Shown piece after piece: positions 30,844 to 41,952 of a DNA stretch of 64,000 bases (positions are counted from its first letter, which is position 1; each line of letters starts with the position of its first letter). This stretch comes from a virus (lineage: Duplodnaviria; Caudoviricetes), in IMG/VR virus record IMGVR_UViG_3300012983_000039, positions 1 to 64,000 of that record. One strand, 5' to 3'. The notes below the pieces were generated by a model. That model did no database searches and was not told the DNA's origin. It was given only the letters and a program-made list of their open reading frames with translations. A program made the translations under genes and the position numbers.

Positions 30844-33800
30844 TATTGCAAGATTTGATTGTCATTCACATAGCGAATATTCAAACATCCGCTTACTTTG
30901 ACAGTATTAATCGTCCTAGAGATATGATTTTAACAGCTCATAAATTAGGTATGAAAGGTATAATTTTAACAGACCATGAATGTCTATCTGGTCATGTAAA
31001 ATGGCTGAACGAAGAAAGAGACTTAAAAGAAAAAGGGTTGATCCCTCCTGAATTTAAATGTGGTTGTGGCAATGAAATTTATTTAGTGAATGATAGAAAT
31101 AATATTCAATGTTATTGGCATTTCATTTTGGCAGCAAAAAACACAGAAGGACATAGAGCTTTAAGAGAATTAAGTTCAATTGCATGGCGTAATAGTTATT
31201 CATCAAGAGGTTTAACAAGAGTGCCAACTCAAAAAAATGAACTCAAAGAAATTGTTAATAAATATCCAAATACTTTAATTGCTACGAATGCCTGTCTGGG
31301 CGGTGAGCTTCCGCATTTAGTAGAAGAACTTGTAAAAGCAGAAAAAAGAAATTCAGAAGATGAAATAATTAAAATTAAATTAGAAATAGTGGATTTTTTA
31401 AACTATTGTCTCGAATTATTTGGAGAAGATTTTTATATTGAAATCGCCGCTGCCCCAACAAAAGAACAAAAACTTTTTAATCAAAGAGTGAAAGCAATTG
31501 CGAAAGCTTATGGAATAAAGATAGTAATTGGTTCAGACGCTCATTATCTTACTTCGAACGAAAGAGAAGTTCATAAAGCTTATCTTAATTCAAAAGATGG
31601 GGAACGAGAAGTAGATAATTTTTATTATTATGCTCATATGATGGATAATGAGGAAGCTTATAATAATATTTCAGATATTTTTACAGAAGAAGAATTTAAA
31701 CAAATCTGTGAAAATTCTATGGAAATTTATAATAAAATTGGGAGTTATGATATCTTTAGAAATCCTATTATACCAGAAGTTCAGGTAAAAGATTACCCTC
31801 CATTTACTTGTGAAACAGATTTTACTGGGGGCTATAACCCAGATTGGTATTTCCCCACAATTGATGATTTATTGTGTAGTCAAGAAATTCAAGAAAGATA
31901 TTGGATTAATGAATGCTTAAACGCATTGCGTGAAAAAGATTTATACAATACAAAATATCTTGCTCGTATCGAAACCGAAGCGAAAGTAATTAAAACCATC
32001 GGAGAAAAACTTGGAGATTGTTTGTTTAAATACTTCAATACTTTTCAACATTTTATTGATTTATTTTGGAATTGTGGGTCTCTTGTTGGACCCGGAAGAG
32101 GGTCAGCAGTATGTTTTTTATCAAATTATTTATTGGGTGGACAATAATAGTAACGCCCATTAACATCTAATTATTTATTAATAATGTTATTTAAGCAGCT
32201 TAAAGTGTAAGAAACACATTCTTAAATAGCATCGGGGAAGCCTAAATCTTTACAAATGAGATATGGTAATCCCGAACCAAGTGTTAAATATTCAAAAAGG
32301 GAAAATAAAATAAAATAAAAGAAGGAGGTGAAAGATATATATATGTTTTGTTATAGAATAGTAAATAATATAAATAAAAAGGAATATATTGGAATAACTG
32401 CTGATTTTGAAAGAAGAATGAAACAACATAAAAATCAAAAATCCAATAGTTTGATTCACAACGCTATCTTAAAGTATGGTAAAGAAAATTTTACTTATGA
32501 AATTTTAGCTTCGGAATTATCTATAGAAGAAGCTGAAAAAATGGAAATTGACTTGATTAAAAAAAGAAATACTTTAGCTCCAAATGGATATAATTTAGCA
32601 AAAGGCGGATTACATGGCGGCTCTAAAATAAAAATAACAGATGAACAAGTAGCTTATATAAAAAATAATCGAAATTTGCCTTTATATGTTCTTTATGATG
32701 AATTTTCAGATTTAATTTCTTACGGGTATTTTAAAGAAATATATAAAAATAATGTAAGACCAGACATTAAGCCTGCAGTAGAAATGTATCCATACAATTT
32801 AGAATTTTCAACTCAATTTACTAGAACTAAATTAACTTATCAAAATGTTGTAGATATAAGAAAAGCTTATGCCAATATGATAGATTGGAAAGAGATATAT
32901 CCTAAATATAAAGACAAAGTTGCCGAATCTACATTTTTCGATGTCTACAGAGGTCAAAGCTTTATGTTGATAATGCCAGAAGTATTTTCAGAAGAAAATA
33001 AAAAGAAACATTTTTCATTATCTCGTTCTGGTTCTAAAAATGGTAATGCTAAATTAAAAGCTGATGATGTTAAATTAATACGAAAAATGCATGAAGATAA
33101 GAAAACAAATAAAGAAATTAATGCTTATTTCCCTCAAGTATCAATTGATACAATACGTGATATAATAAATTATCGAACTTGGAAGAATATTTAACAAAGG
33201 TGTATCGACTATCCTAGTTAATAGGAGTAGAGCTACTATTGATACTTAGCTCGAAATGGTGTTCTTTCTATAAACAAATAGAAAGTAAGATATAGTCAGG
33301 TCTTATAGAAATATAAGAATAACCGATTACGCAACTAGACCCAGTTAAATGGGGTTTACATTATTGGAGATTTTTAAACGAAGAAAGAATAGAGCTACCT
33401 GATATTGATATCGATCTTGCTCCGTCAAAGAGAAAAAAAATTTTTGAGGAAATTAGAAAAGAGCGTGGAGAATTAAATTGTATTCAGGTTTGTACTTTCG
33501 GTACAGAAGGGACTAGATCTAGTATAGCAGCTGCTTGTAGAGGATATAGAAGTTCAGAATATCCCAATGGTATTGATAATGAAATTGCTTTATATTTAAG
33601 TGGATTAATTCCTAATGAAAGAGGTTTCTTGTGGTCAATAAAAGAAATGGTTTATGGAAATCCAGAAAAAGGTAGGAAACCAAATGAAACATTTATAAGA
33701 GAACTCAACAAATATCCCGGACTATTAGAAATTATTGAGTCAATAGAAGGATTAGTGTGCCGCAGAGGACAACACGCGTCTGGTGTAATTTTCTATAACT

Positions 33801-36800
33801 CAACTCCTTATGAGACGAATGCGATAATGAGAAGCCCAAATGGTGATTTAACAACTCAATTTGATCTCCATGACTCGGAACAGTTAGGGGACGTTAAATA
33901 CGATAAGAAAATAATTCTTCAATAAATTAAAAGTGAGGTGACTTTATGTCCCCAAGAAAAAATTTCCCTATAGAAACTATTGAAGAACTTTTATTTAAAG
34001 GATATAATATTACTCAGCTTGCAAATCATTTTCAAACAAGTAGACAAACAATGTCAAAATTTTTAAAGCCAATTCTTTAGTTACAAATAAAGAGAAACAA
34101 TTGATTAAATGTAAAGAAGTAAGTAGTCAATATGTTTCAGAACTTTATCTTGAAGGAAAAACCATTAAAGAAATTTCTATTCTACTTGGCGTAAGTAATA
34201 CAGTTATAAAGGATCGATTAAAAGTAGCTAACTGTAAAACAAGAACAAATTCAGAAGCACATAAAAAATATTTTGAAGATTTTCGATACTTTGACTCTAT
34301 AAATACCTATGATAAAGCCTATTTATTGGGTTTTATTTGTGCAGACGGGTGGGTGTCTCGTAGAAATGAATTAGGAATTTCACTTGCTTTAAAAGACAAG
34401 GGAATGGTGTATTGGTTTAAAAATCAATTAAAGACGGATAAGCCAGTAATTGAAAAAGAAAACAGCGCGACTTTAATAATTCAAAATGAAAAAATTACAC
34501 ATCAATTAAATCAATATAATATAATTCCAAACAAAAGTTTAACACTGGACATTAAAACAGTGATAAATAAGGCCAATATTTCAAGAGAATTAATTCCAGC
34601 ATTTTTATTGGGTTATTTTGATGGAGATGGTGGAATTTATAAAACAATTACTAAAAAAGGGTGCGTTCAATATAGTTGTTCAATTACTGGCACCTATGAA
34701 ACTTGTTTGTATTTTAAAGAATATTTTGATAACATTGGTTTCTTTACTAAAAGACATCAAGATGATAAAAATAATTATACTTATCAAATTGGTGGGAGAA
34801 ATCAAGTTAAAAAAGGACTGGGTAAATTATATCAGATAAAAGATAAGTTAAGTTTCTATTATGAAAGAAAATATAATATTTATTGTGAATTATGACTAAG
34901 GTCCTAATATACAGTGATGTATATTTGAAAGGGATTGAACCTGATTACTCAAGGGTGTAGAAAGAGCGTTTTAGTTTTTAGTAGGAAATGACTAATTAAT
35001 CTTTTTGCTAACTGGGAAACCTGACCAAGTTATGTTGAAGGCAATCCAGTGCCAAGCTCACTTTGAGAAGGTCTATCGACTATCCGCTGAAATGTGGTTA
35101 GAGGTGAAGATGAGTTACACCTCGAAGTGGTCCCCTCTTATGTTTATATAAATGTAAGATGAAGATATAGTCAGTGCCATTAGAAATAATGGAATAACAC
35201 GTTGCTTGTGACTGAAATAAGTGATAAAATTACAGCTTGTATTGAACTTTTGGTTGAAGATAAAATACTAGAAAATAATCTAAGTTTTAGAGAAATTTAT
35301 AACAAATATCTACACCCTGAAAAGATAGATACTACTGATGAAAAAATTTGGAATGCTTTAGGTGAAGGAAATATTATGGACGTTTTCCAATTTAGTTCAA
35401 AAGTTGGTTTAGCTACAGCTCGACAAATAAAACCTAAAGACCCTATTCAAATGACATCTGCTAATGCGTTAACATTGGCGCTTACACAGCTTTACTACTA
35501 ATCAGTAGGGTACATTGAATAATGTGCTAACGGGGAAGCCTGAAGCTCCTGCCGTGAGGTATAGGTATGGTAATCCCGTGGGAAATATCAATTCATCTCC
35601 ATACAGAGGTGATTTTATGTGAATAGGAAATATTAAAAAATTGAGAAAATTATTTCCAGATTTAGTATTTCCTATTCGCAATAGATGAATTGATAACTCC
35701 TGTAGAGACTATCCCGAGTGAGATTGGGAGTACGATTACTATTGATACGTAATTGGAAAAGGCGTGCTTTTTACAAAGAGTAGAAAGTAAGAGATAGTCC
35801 AGACCACAAACAATTATTATAATTGGCAGGGAAACTTGTAGTGGTATGTAATGCGATTAATGGGAGAAAAAGGAAAAGAAAGTCCAATAGATAGATATTG
35901 TCGTTTAAAAGATGATATGTCATTGTGGTATAAAGAAGTAAGAAGTAAAGGTTTGTCTGAAGAAGAAATAAAAATTCTCGAACCATATTATCTTCCCAAT
36001 TTTGGTGTTCCATGTAGTCAAGAAGATTTAATGGAAGTTTGTCTGGATAAAAATATTGCCAATTTTACATTGAGTGAAGCTAACGCCGCCAGAAAAATAG
36101 TTTCAAAAAAATTAGTAAATAAAGTTCCTGAACTTAAAGAAAAATTTATCTCTCAGTGTGGTAGTAGAAATTTGGGTGAATATGTATGGCAAACAGTAAT
36201 GGAGCCGCAGATGAGTTACGCGTAAAGCACTTGCGCCCTTATACAGTAATGTATATTGAACAACTTCGTGAATTGCTGGAAAATCTGAAGCCGCTGTTGT
36301 GAAACATAGGTATGACAATCAGCAGCCAAACCGATTTAGCCAATCGGAAGGTTCAACGACTATCCTATTTAGGAGTAGGCTTTATGCCGAAGTGCGAAGT
36401 ATCAACACAGAGCTAATAAATAAAAATAAAAGGAGGTGAACTAAATTATGAAAAGAATATCAATAGAAATAGAGAAGAGGATATGTAATGATTATTCGAC
36501 AGGTAAATATTCATCGAGAGAATTGGGAGAAAAGTATAGTCTATCTAAATCAACAATATTAAGAGTATTAAAAAGAAACAATATTGAAGCGAAAAATAGA
36601 AGACTAGTAAATACAAATTTGGACATAAATTATTTTAAAGAAATAAACACAGAACAAAAAGCATATTTTCTTGGTTTTATTTTTGCGGACGGTTGTGTTT
36701 CAAATGAAGAGCTTTTTATTGATATTAATGAAAAAGATATTGATATTTTAGCTAAATTTAGAGAAGAAATAAATAGTCAAGCAAAAATATCAACAAGAAT

Positions 36801-38745
36801 AAAAGGAAAAAGCTCTATGAGTAGAATTGTTATTAAAAATAAAACATTCACAGATCATCTATCTAAATATGGTATTATTAAAAATAAAACTAAAAATACG
36901 AAACATCTTCCATATGAAATAATCCCAAAAGAATTATGGAGACATTTTTTAAGAGGACTGATCGATGGAGATGGATGGATTACAAAAACAAAGGAAAATA
37001 GATATCATATTGGATATATCACTCAATATAATTCTACAGCATTGGATTTTATCTATATGATGAATGAACTCATAGAAGATAAATGGAAAAACAGAGTAAT
37101 AAACAAAGATAAAAAATATTCTGTTGTTCAAATACAAAAATCTGAGCAAGTAAAACAGTTGGCAACTGTTTTATATATGAATAGCAATATTCATCTTAGT
37201 CGTAAATTTCAATTAGCTCAAGAAATTTTAGACTCAAAAAGTTGATAAAGATATAGTCTGGACTTTATGGAAACATAAAGCTCGAAAGAGATCACTATAT
37301 GTGATAACACATTCGTTGCAAAACCTCATGCCTTAGCCTATTCATTTACTGGTATACAAACTCTTTATCTAGCAACAAATTTCCCCGAAATCTATTGGGA
37401 TTGCTCTTGTTTGATTGTAAATTCTGGTGGAGCAGATTTGTTAGATATTGATGATATAGAAGAAGAAGATAATGAAAATGAAGAAGATGAGGCATTAAAG
37501 AAGAAAAAGAAAAAGAATAAAACAGTTAACTATGGAAAAATAAGCACGGCAATTGGTGAAACAAAAGCAAAGAAAATACAAGTATTACCACCCGATATAA
37601 ATAATTCATCTCTTATATTTAAACCAAGTTTAGAAAAAAATGCTATTCTCTATGGACTTAAGGGATTAAATCGTATAGGTTCTCAATTAGTATTACAAAT
37701 TATTTCTAATCGTCCTTATTCTTCAATAGAAGACTTTCTAACTAAGGTGAAAGTAAATAAACCACAAATGATTAATCTAATTAAAGCCGGCACTTTTGAC
37801 GAACTTTATCCAGATAAAACTCGTTATGAAGTAATGGATTTATATATAGATTTAATTGCTGATAAGAAAAAAAGAATTACTCTACAAAATATGATGATGT
37901 TAATTCGATTTGATTTAATTCCACAAGAACTTGATTATGAGCGCCGCCTCTTCAACTTCAATAAGTATTTAAAAGGTTTTAAATCAGAAGATGATTATTT
38001 ATTGGACACAATAGCTATGAACTTCTTTGAAAACAATTACGATACTTCTCTTCTAAAAGAAATTCTAGTAGACGATGAAGGAAAAACCGGTGTTATTTCT
38101 CAAAAAACTTGGGATAATATTTATAAAAAGGGAATGAACCCATTGAGAGATTGGATTAAAGCTAATCATGATGAGATTTTAAATACTCTTAATCAAAAAC
38201 TTTTGAATGAAGCGGCGGAAAAGTATACTGAAGGCAATATAAGTAAATGGGAAATGGATAGTTTAAGTTTCTATTATCACGAACATGAACTTGAAAATTT
38301 AAGAAAAGACTTATATGGAATTTCAGATTACTCTAAACTTCCTAAAGAACCTGAAATTGATAGAAGTTTCTTAACTAAAGATGGAAGCAATATTACTATG
38401 TATAAAATTACACGTATTGCCGGCACAGTAATAGATAAGAATAAAGATAAGGGATTGATTACTTTACTTACTACAGATGGTGTAGTTTCAGTTAAAATTT
38501 GGAAAAACCAATTCGCCGCTTGGGATAAACAAATTTCTGAAAGAGATAGTGAAGGTAAAAAACACGTTATTGAAAAATCTTGGTTTACTAGAGGAACTAA
38601 ACTAATAATAAGTGGAGTTAAACGTGAAGACAGTTTTATTCCTAAAAAATATAAGAGTTCTGAGTATCCATTGTTTGAAAAAATAATAGAAATTGATGAT
38701 AAAGGTTTTATTATCAATTCAACAACAGAAAGAGCAGAAGAGTAA
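30836..38745 (+). CDS. dnaE: DNA polymerase III alpha subunit: join(30836..30898,+1 shift,30900..32138,33326..33904,35202..35469,35849..36223,37316..38745), about 1317 aa
   Basis: PHP HSHSEYS..TDH..GNE..DAHY; GPGRGS; junctions LLG|ITQLDP, KYD|LLVT, NA(L)MR, YA(F)AKPHALAY; PDIDID; HASG; PPDIN. Confidence 0.93.
32139..33325 (+). mobile_element. group I intron 1 in dnaE
   Basis: P1 UGGGU/GCCCA; UAUCGACUA/AAGAUAUAGUCA; terminal G; carries a GIY-YIG ORF. Confidence 0.9.
32328..33194 (+). CDS. intron-encoded GIY-YIG homing endonuclease
   Basis: CYRIVN..KEYIGIT..RRMKQH..E..NGYN. Confidence 0.87.
   Translation: MKDIYMFCYRIVNNINKKEYIGITADFERRMKQHKNQKSNSLIHNAILKYGKENFTYEILASELSIEEAEKMEIDLIKKRNTLAPNGYNLAKGGLHGGSKIKITDEQVAYIKNNRNLPLYVLYDEFSDLISYGYFKEIYKNNVRPDIKPAVEMYPYNLEFSTQFTRTKLTYQNVVDIRKAYANMIDWKEIYPKYKDKVAESTFFDVYRGQSFMLIMPEVFSEENKKKHFSLSRSGSKNGNAKLKADDVKLIRKMHEDKKTNKEINAYFPQVSIDTIRDIINYRTWKNI
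33905..35201 (+). mobile_element. group I intron 2 in dnaE, endonuclease gene inserted in the P1 loop
   Basis: Ribozyme core lies entirely after the ORF (34900-35201); IGS GUCCUA pairs with exon UACGAU; P9.0 GUG/CAC, terminal G. Confidence 0.88.
33946..34895 (+). CDS. intron-encoded LAGLIDADG endonuclease, split by a -1 frameshift near 34062-34068
   Basis: GAGGTG RBS and ATG 33946, stop 34080; -1 frame continues to YLLGFICADG and FLLGYFDGDG. Confidence 0.8.
35470..35848 (+). mobile_element. group I intron 3 in dnaE (379 nt, no intact ORF)
   Basis: P1 GCGU/GCGC; P10 CAUUG/UAAUG; GCUAACGGGGAA..AAUCCCGUG; AGAGACUA/GAUAGUCC; terminal G. Confidence 0.9.
36224..37315 (+). mobile_element. group I intron 4 in dnaE
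   Basis: P1 GCGU/GCGC; GAAUUGCUGGAAA, AAUCAGCAG, UUCAACGACUA, AAGAUAUAGUCU; ORF inside P8 (UAUCAAC..GUUGAUA); terminal G. Confidence 0.9.
36448..37245 (+). CDS. intron-encoded LAGLIDADG homing endonuclease
   Basis: YFLGFIFADG and FLRGLIDGDG. Confidence 0.9.
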   Translation: MKRISIEIEKRICNDYSTGKYSSRELGEKYSLSKSTILRVLKRNNIEAKNRRLVNTNLDINYFKEINTEQKAYFLGFIFADGCVSNEELFIDINEKDIDILAKFREEINSQAKISTRIKGKSSMSRIVIKNKTFTDHLSKYGIIKNKTKNTKHLPYEIIPKELWRHFLRGLIDGDGWITKTKENRYHIGYITQYNSTALDFIYMMNELIEDKWKNRVINKDKKYSVVQIQKSEQVKQLATVLYMNSNIHLSRKFQLAQEILDSKS

Positions 38746-38748
38746 TGG

Positions 38749-38776
38749 AAAGACACAAGTTAATCTTGTGTCTTTA
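38749..38776 (+). terminator. hairpin after dnaE
   Basis: AAAGACACAAG..CTTGTGTCTTT. Confidence 0.65.
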
Positions 38777-38797
38777 CTTTAAAGGAGGAAAATAAAA

Positions 38798-39256
38798 ATG
38801 GTTGAAATTAAAGATGGAAATTTACTTGAAGCTAAAGATGTAGATATTATTCTCCATCAGGTTAACTGTATGGGAGTTATGGGTGGCGGCATAGCAAAAC
38901 AAATAAAAGGAAGATATCCTTATGTTTATGAGGAATACTTAGCTTTCTGCCAAGAAAGGACAGATAGACTAGGAGAAATTTTAGTTTGTGAAACGCCAGA
39001 CTTTTTTATAGCAAATTGTTTCGGGCAATATGGCTATGGAACTTACAAAACTTTTACAGATTATGAAGCCTTAAGAGAGTGTTTTAATAAAGTAGCAAAA
39101 CTGGTAAAAACAATGGAGAAAGACTATAATCGTCATTTAAGAATTGGGATACCTTATAAAATTGGTTGTGGCTTGGCTGGAGGAGATTGGCAAATTGTAT
39201 ATAGAATAATTTGTGAAGAATTTAATAAGCTTGACGTTATTCTTTATAAGTTATGA
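38798..39256 (+). CDS. macrodomain (ADP-ribose-processing) protein
   Basis: GNLL, HQVNCMGVMGGGIA, PYKIGCGLAGGDW. Confidence 0.88.
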   Translation: MVEIKDGNLLEAKDVDIILHQVNCMGVMGGGIAKQIKGRYPYVYEEYLAFCQERTDRLGEILVCETPDFFIANCFGQYGYGTYKTFTDYEALRECFNKVAKLVKTMEKDYNRHLRIGIPYKIGCGLAGGDWQIVYRIICEEFNKLDVILYKL

Positions 39257-39267
39257 GGTGAAAAGGA

Positions 39268-40194
39268 TTGGCAAGTATATGTTTATATGATATTGATTTT
39301 TTACATGGAGCAAAGTTTTCAATTAATTTAGAATTAATGAAGATTTTTAATTATTATTATACACAAGGGCATAAAGTAAGGTTGGCAAAGAAAAATGATA
39401 CAGAAGAGTGGTATGACCAAAAAATCTTTTTTCTTCAAAATCCAAAATGTCGTTTTCCTCAAAAATTAAAGTTAACTGGTGATAATATTACTTTATATGG
39501 GTATGGTTTTTATAAAGACTTTAAAGATTTAAAAAAAGAAATCAAGGCTGTGCCGCCCAGCTTTATGGTTTATGATACTAGCTATGACCTAATAAAAAAT
39601 AAGAATATCTATGAAAAGATAAAAGACTCTTCTTTAATAAGAGTAGAAAACAGAGATTTCTCTTATTATAATCCAAATAAAAAAGCTTTATATGTAGCAG
39701 ATTACGATTTCTTTTCAGTTTCTAATAATTTTGAATTTTTAGAAGAATATTCTAAACATAATATAAGTTTTCTTTGGGGATTAAGAGCAAAAGATAAGGA
39801 TACTTTTTTAAAGCTATTTCGTTATTTACATAACGTAAATAGAAGAATTGTTATTGATTTTGATTATGATGTTAACTTCTTTAAAACTTATTACAATGAA
39901 AACATAATGTTTTTATTCGATAGTGAAAAAGAAAAAGATTTATTAAAAATAATTCAAATGATTTTATACGCAAAAAATAAAAATCAAATACTATTTTTAG
40001 AACAAAGCTCTAAACCTATTTTATCTAATTTATCTAAATGGAGTTCTTCAAAAGATAAAATTTCCTTTTATGATTATTGTATTAATAATAATAAAAAAGA
40101 TTGGTTTATTAATAACTTTACTGATAGAAAAGAATTAAGACTTTTACTTAGACAAAATCCACAGTTTTTTGATACTCAAAATCTTGACTTTTAA
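39268..40194 (+). CDS. hypothetical protein
   Basis: 308-aa ORF with GAGGTG RBS; N-terminal YDID..NLELMKI. Confidence 0.65.
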   Translation: MASICLYDIDFLHGAKFSINLELMKIFNYYYTQGHKVRLAKKNDTEEWYDQKIFFLQNPKCRFPQKLKLTGDNITLYGYGFYKDFKDLKKEIKAVPPSFMVYDTSYDLIKNKNIYEKIKDSSLIRVENRDFSYYNPNKKALYVADYDFFSVSNNFEFLEEYSKHNISFLWGLRAKDKDTFLKLFRYLHNVNRRIVIDFDYDVNFFKTYYNENIMFLFDSEKEKDLLKIIQMILYAKNKNQILFLEQSSKPILSNLSKWSSSKDKISFYDYCINNNKKDWFINNFTDRKELRLLLRQNPQFFDTQNLDF

Positions 40195-40212
40195 AGCAAA
40201 AAATGTTATAAT
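40184..40212 (+). promoter_or_regulatory. promoter
   Basis: TTGACT-17-TATAAT with TG. Confidence 0.75.
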
Positions 40213-40240
40213 TATATTATAAAATAAAGGAGGAAAAATT

Positions 40241-40423
40241 ATGGAAAAGAGTAGGTTAGAAACTTTGAAGTTTACTTACGAAAATAAAGAGAAGAAGCTA
40301 AAAGAATTAACTTCTAATCAAACCAATTTTGTCTTTAATAAAGAAATTAAAACGCTTATACTAGAAATGGAAAGTTTAAAAACAGAAATCGAAAGTATAG
40401 AGGCGGCAGAAGGAGGAAACTAA
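40241..40423 (+). CDS. small coiled-coil hypothetical protein
   Basis: AAGGAGG RBS. Confidence 0.6.
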   Translation: MEKSRLETLKFTYENKEKKLKELTSNQTNFVFNKEIKTLILEMESLKTEIESIEAAEGGN

Positions 40424-41182
40424 ATGATAGATAAGGTTAAATTAAATGACGGAGCTTTACTTATTCCATATGATAAATATGAAGAGTTTATGAGAGAGTT
40501 CTTAGCTATAGAAGAAGAAAAGGAAAAAGAAACTATAGAAATTATAAAAGATAATGTTGCGCCGCCCACTGATGAACCTATAGATTATTTCTCATTATTT
40601 TCTGACCCAGCTCTACAGATTAACGAAGAAAATACTATTGAAACTTTCTCGTTAGTAGAACGTTCAATTTTAATTAATGAAGAAATTGAACCTTATACCG
40701 CAACTTATGTTTTTAATCTTATAAGGTTCTGGAATACAATTGATGATATGGAAGATATACCAATTGAAGAAAGAAAACCGATTAAAATTTATATTGACAG
40801 TCCGGGTGGCGACTTGGACGCAACTTTCAGTATAATTGACTCGATTAAGTTAAGTAAAACACCAGTTTATACAATAACTTATGGCATAGGCCATAGCGGT
40901 GGCTTTTTTATTGGTATTGCCGGACACAAACGTTATGGTATGCCGCACTCCTCTTATATGTTCCATGAGGGTTGTGGACAGGGCGGCGGAGATGCTCATA
41001 AGTATATACAGAGTGTTAAATTTTATGAGAAACGTTTATCTCAGTTAAAAAAGCATACTCTTAAAAACACAAAAATATCAGAACAGAGCTATAATAAACA
41101 TCGTAAAGATGATTTGTGGCTAACAGCGGACGAAGCTTTAGAGCTTGGTATTATAGATGAAATACTAACTGAATTTATATAA
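40424..41182 (+). CDS. clpP: ClpP-like serine protease
   Basis: IYIDSPGG, GHSGG (Ser), MFHE (His), DLWLTADEALELGIIDEI. Confidence 0.85.
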   Translation: MIDKVKLNDGALLIPYDKYEEFMREFLAIEEEKEKETIEIIKDNVAPPTDEPIDYFSLFSDPALQINEENTIETFSLVERSILINEEIEPYTATYVFNLIRFWNTIDDMEDIPIEERKPIKIYIDSPGGDLDATFSIIDSIKLSKTPVYTITYGIGHSGGFFIGIAGHKRYGMPHSSYMFHEGCGQGGGDAHKYIQSVKFYEKRLSQLKKHTLKNTKISEQSYNKHRKDDLWLTADEALELGIIDEILTEFI

Positions 41183-41196
41183 AAAGGAGAAAAAAT

Positions 41197-41952
41197 ATGA
41201 AAGAAATGATAGATAATGTAGCAAATATAGAAATAGTAAATGATTTGCTGGAATTGCCAGATGAGCAGTTCCACGCAGCTTATTCAATGATGAAAGAAGA
41301 AATTGATAAAATGCTAACTTCAAAAAGAGCAGAAGCAAGTATAAGAGACAATATTCGTTTTGGTGAACTTGATATTGAAGAAGAAAGAGAAAACATAAAG
41401 AAGTCTAAAGAGAGTCTTAAATCTCTCGATTTTTCTACTGAAAAAGAAAATTTTCTTAAACAGCTTTTTGATACTAGTTTGAAAACAGTAGAAAAGGTTT
41501 ATGCTAATCCGATAGAAGAAGTTAAAGTTGATATAGTTCTTACAGATGAAAACGCTAAACTTCCTACTTACGCTCATTTTGACGATGCGGCGGCAGATAT
41601 ATATGCTTTAGAAGAAACAACAATTAATCCTAATGAAACTAAGATAGTAAGAACTGGATTGAAAATGGCAGTTCCGGTAGGATATAGAGTAGAAATTTAT
41701 CTTCGTTCTGGAGTGGGAGCTAAAACTAAACTTCGTTTAGCAAATGGAGTAGGACAGATAGATAGCTCTTATCGAGGAGAAATTGGCTTGATTATAGACA
41801 ATATTGGAGATACACCTTATACAATTGAAAAGGGTGAAAGAATATGTCAAATGATGATTGAGCCGGTATATCATATAGGATTTAATAAAGTAGAAACACT
41901 TAACTCAACAGAACGTGGGGAAGGCGGTTTCGGTAGCACAGGCAAGAGTTGA
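41197..41952 (+). CDS. dut: trimeric dUTPase with an N-terminal helical extension
   Basis: AAADI, RSG, GQIDSSYRGEI, RICQ, RGEGGFGSTG. Confidence 0.92.
   Translation: MKEMIDNVANIEIVNDLLELPDEQFHAAYSMMKEEIDKMLTSKRAEASIRDNIRFGELDIEEERENIKKSKESLKSLDFSTEKENFLKQLFDTSLKTVEKVYANPIEEVKVDIVLTDENAKLPTYAHFDDAAADIYALEETTINPNETKIVRTGLKMAVPVGYRVEIYLRSGVGAKTKLRLANGVGQIDSSYRGEIGLIIDNIGDTPYTIEKGERICQMMIEPVYHIGFNKVETLNSTERGEGGFGSTGKS

Noticed and set aside
30846-30899. TTG start at 30846 for dnaE
   Set aside because: Gives a meaningless N-terminus lacking the PHP HxH motif, which is encoded from ATG 30836 in another frame
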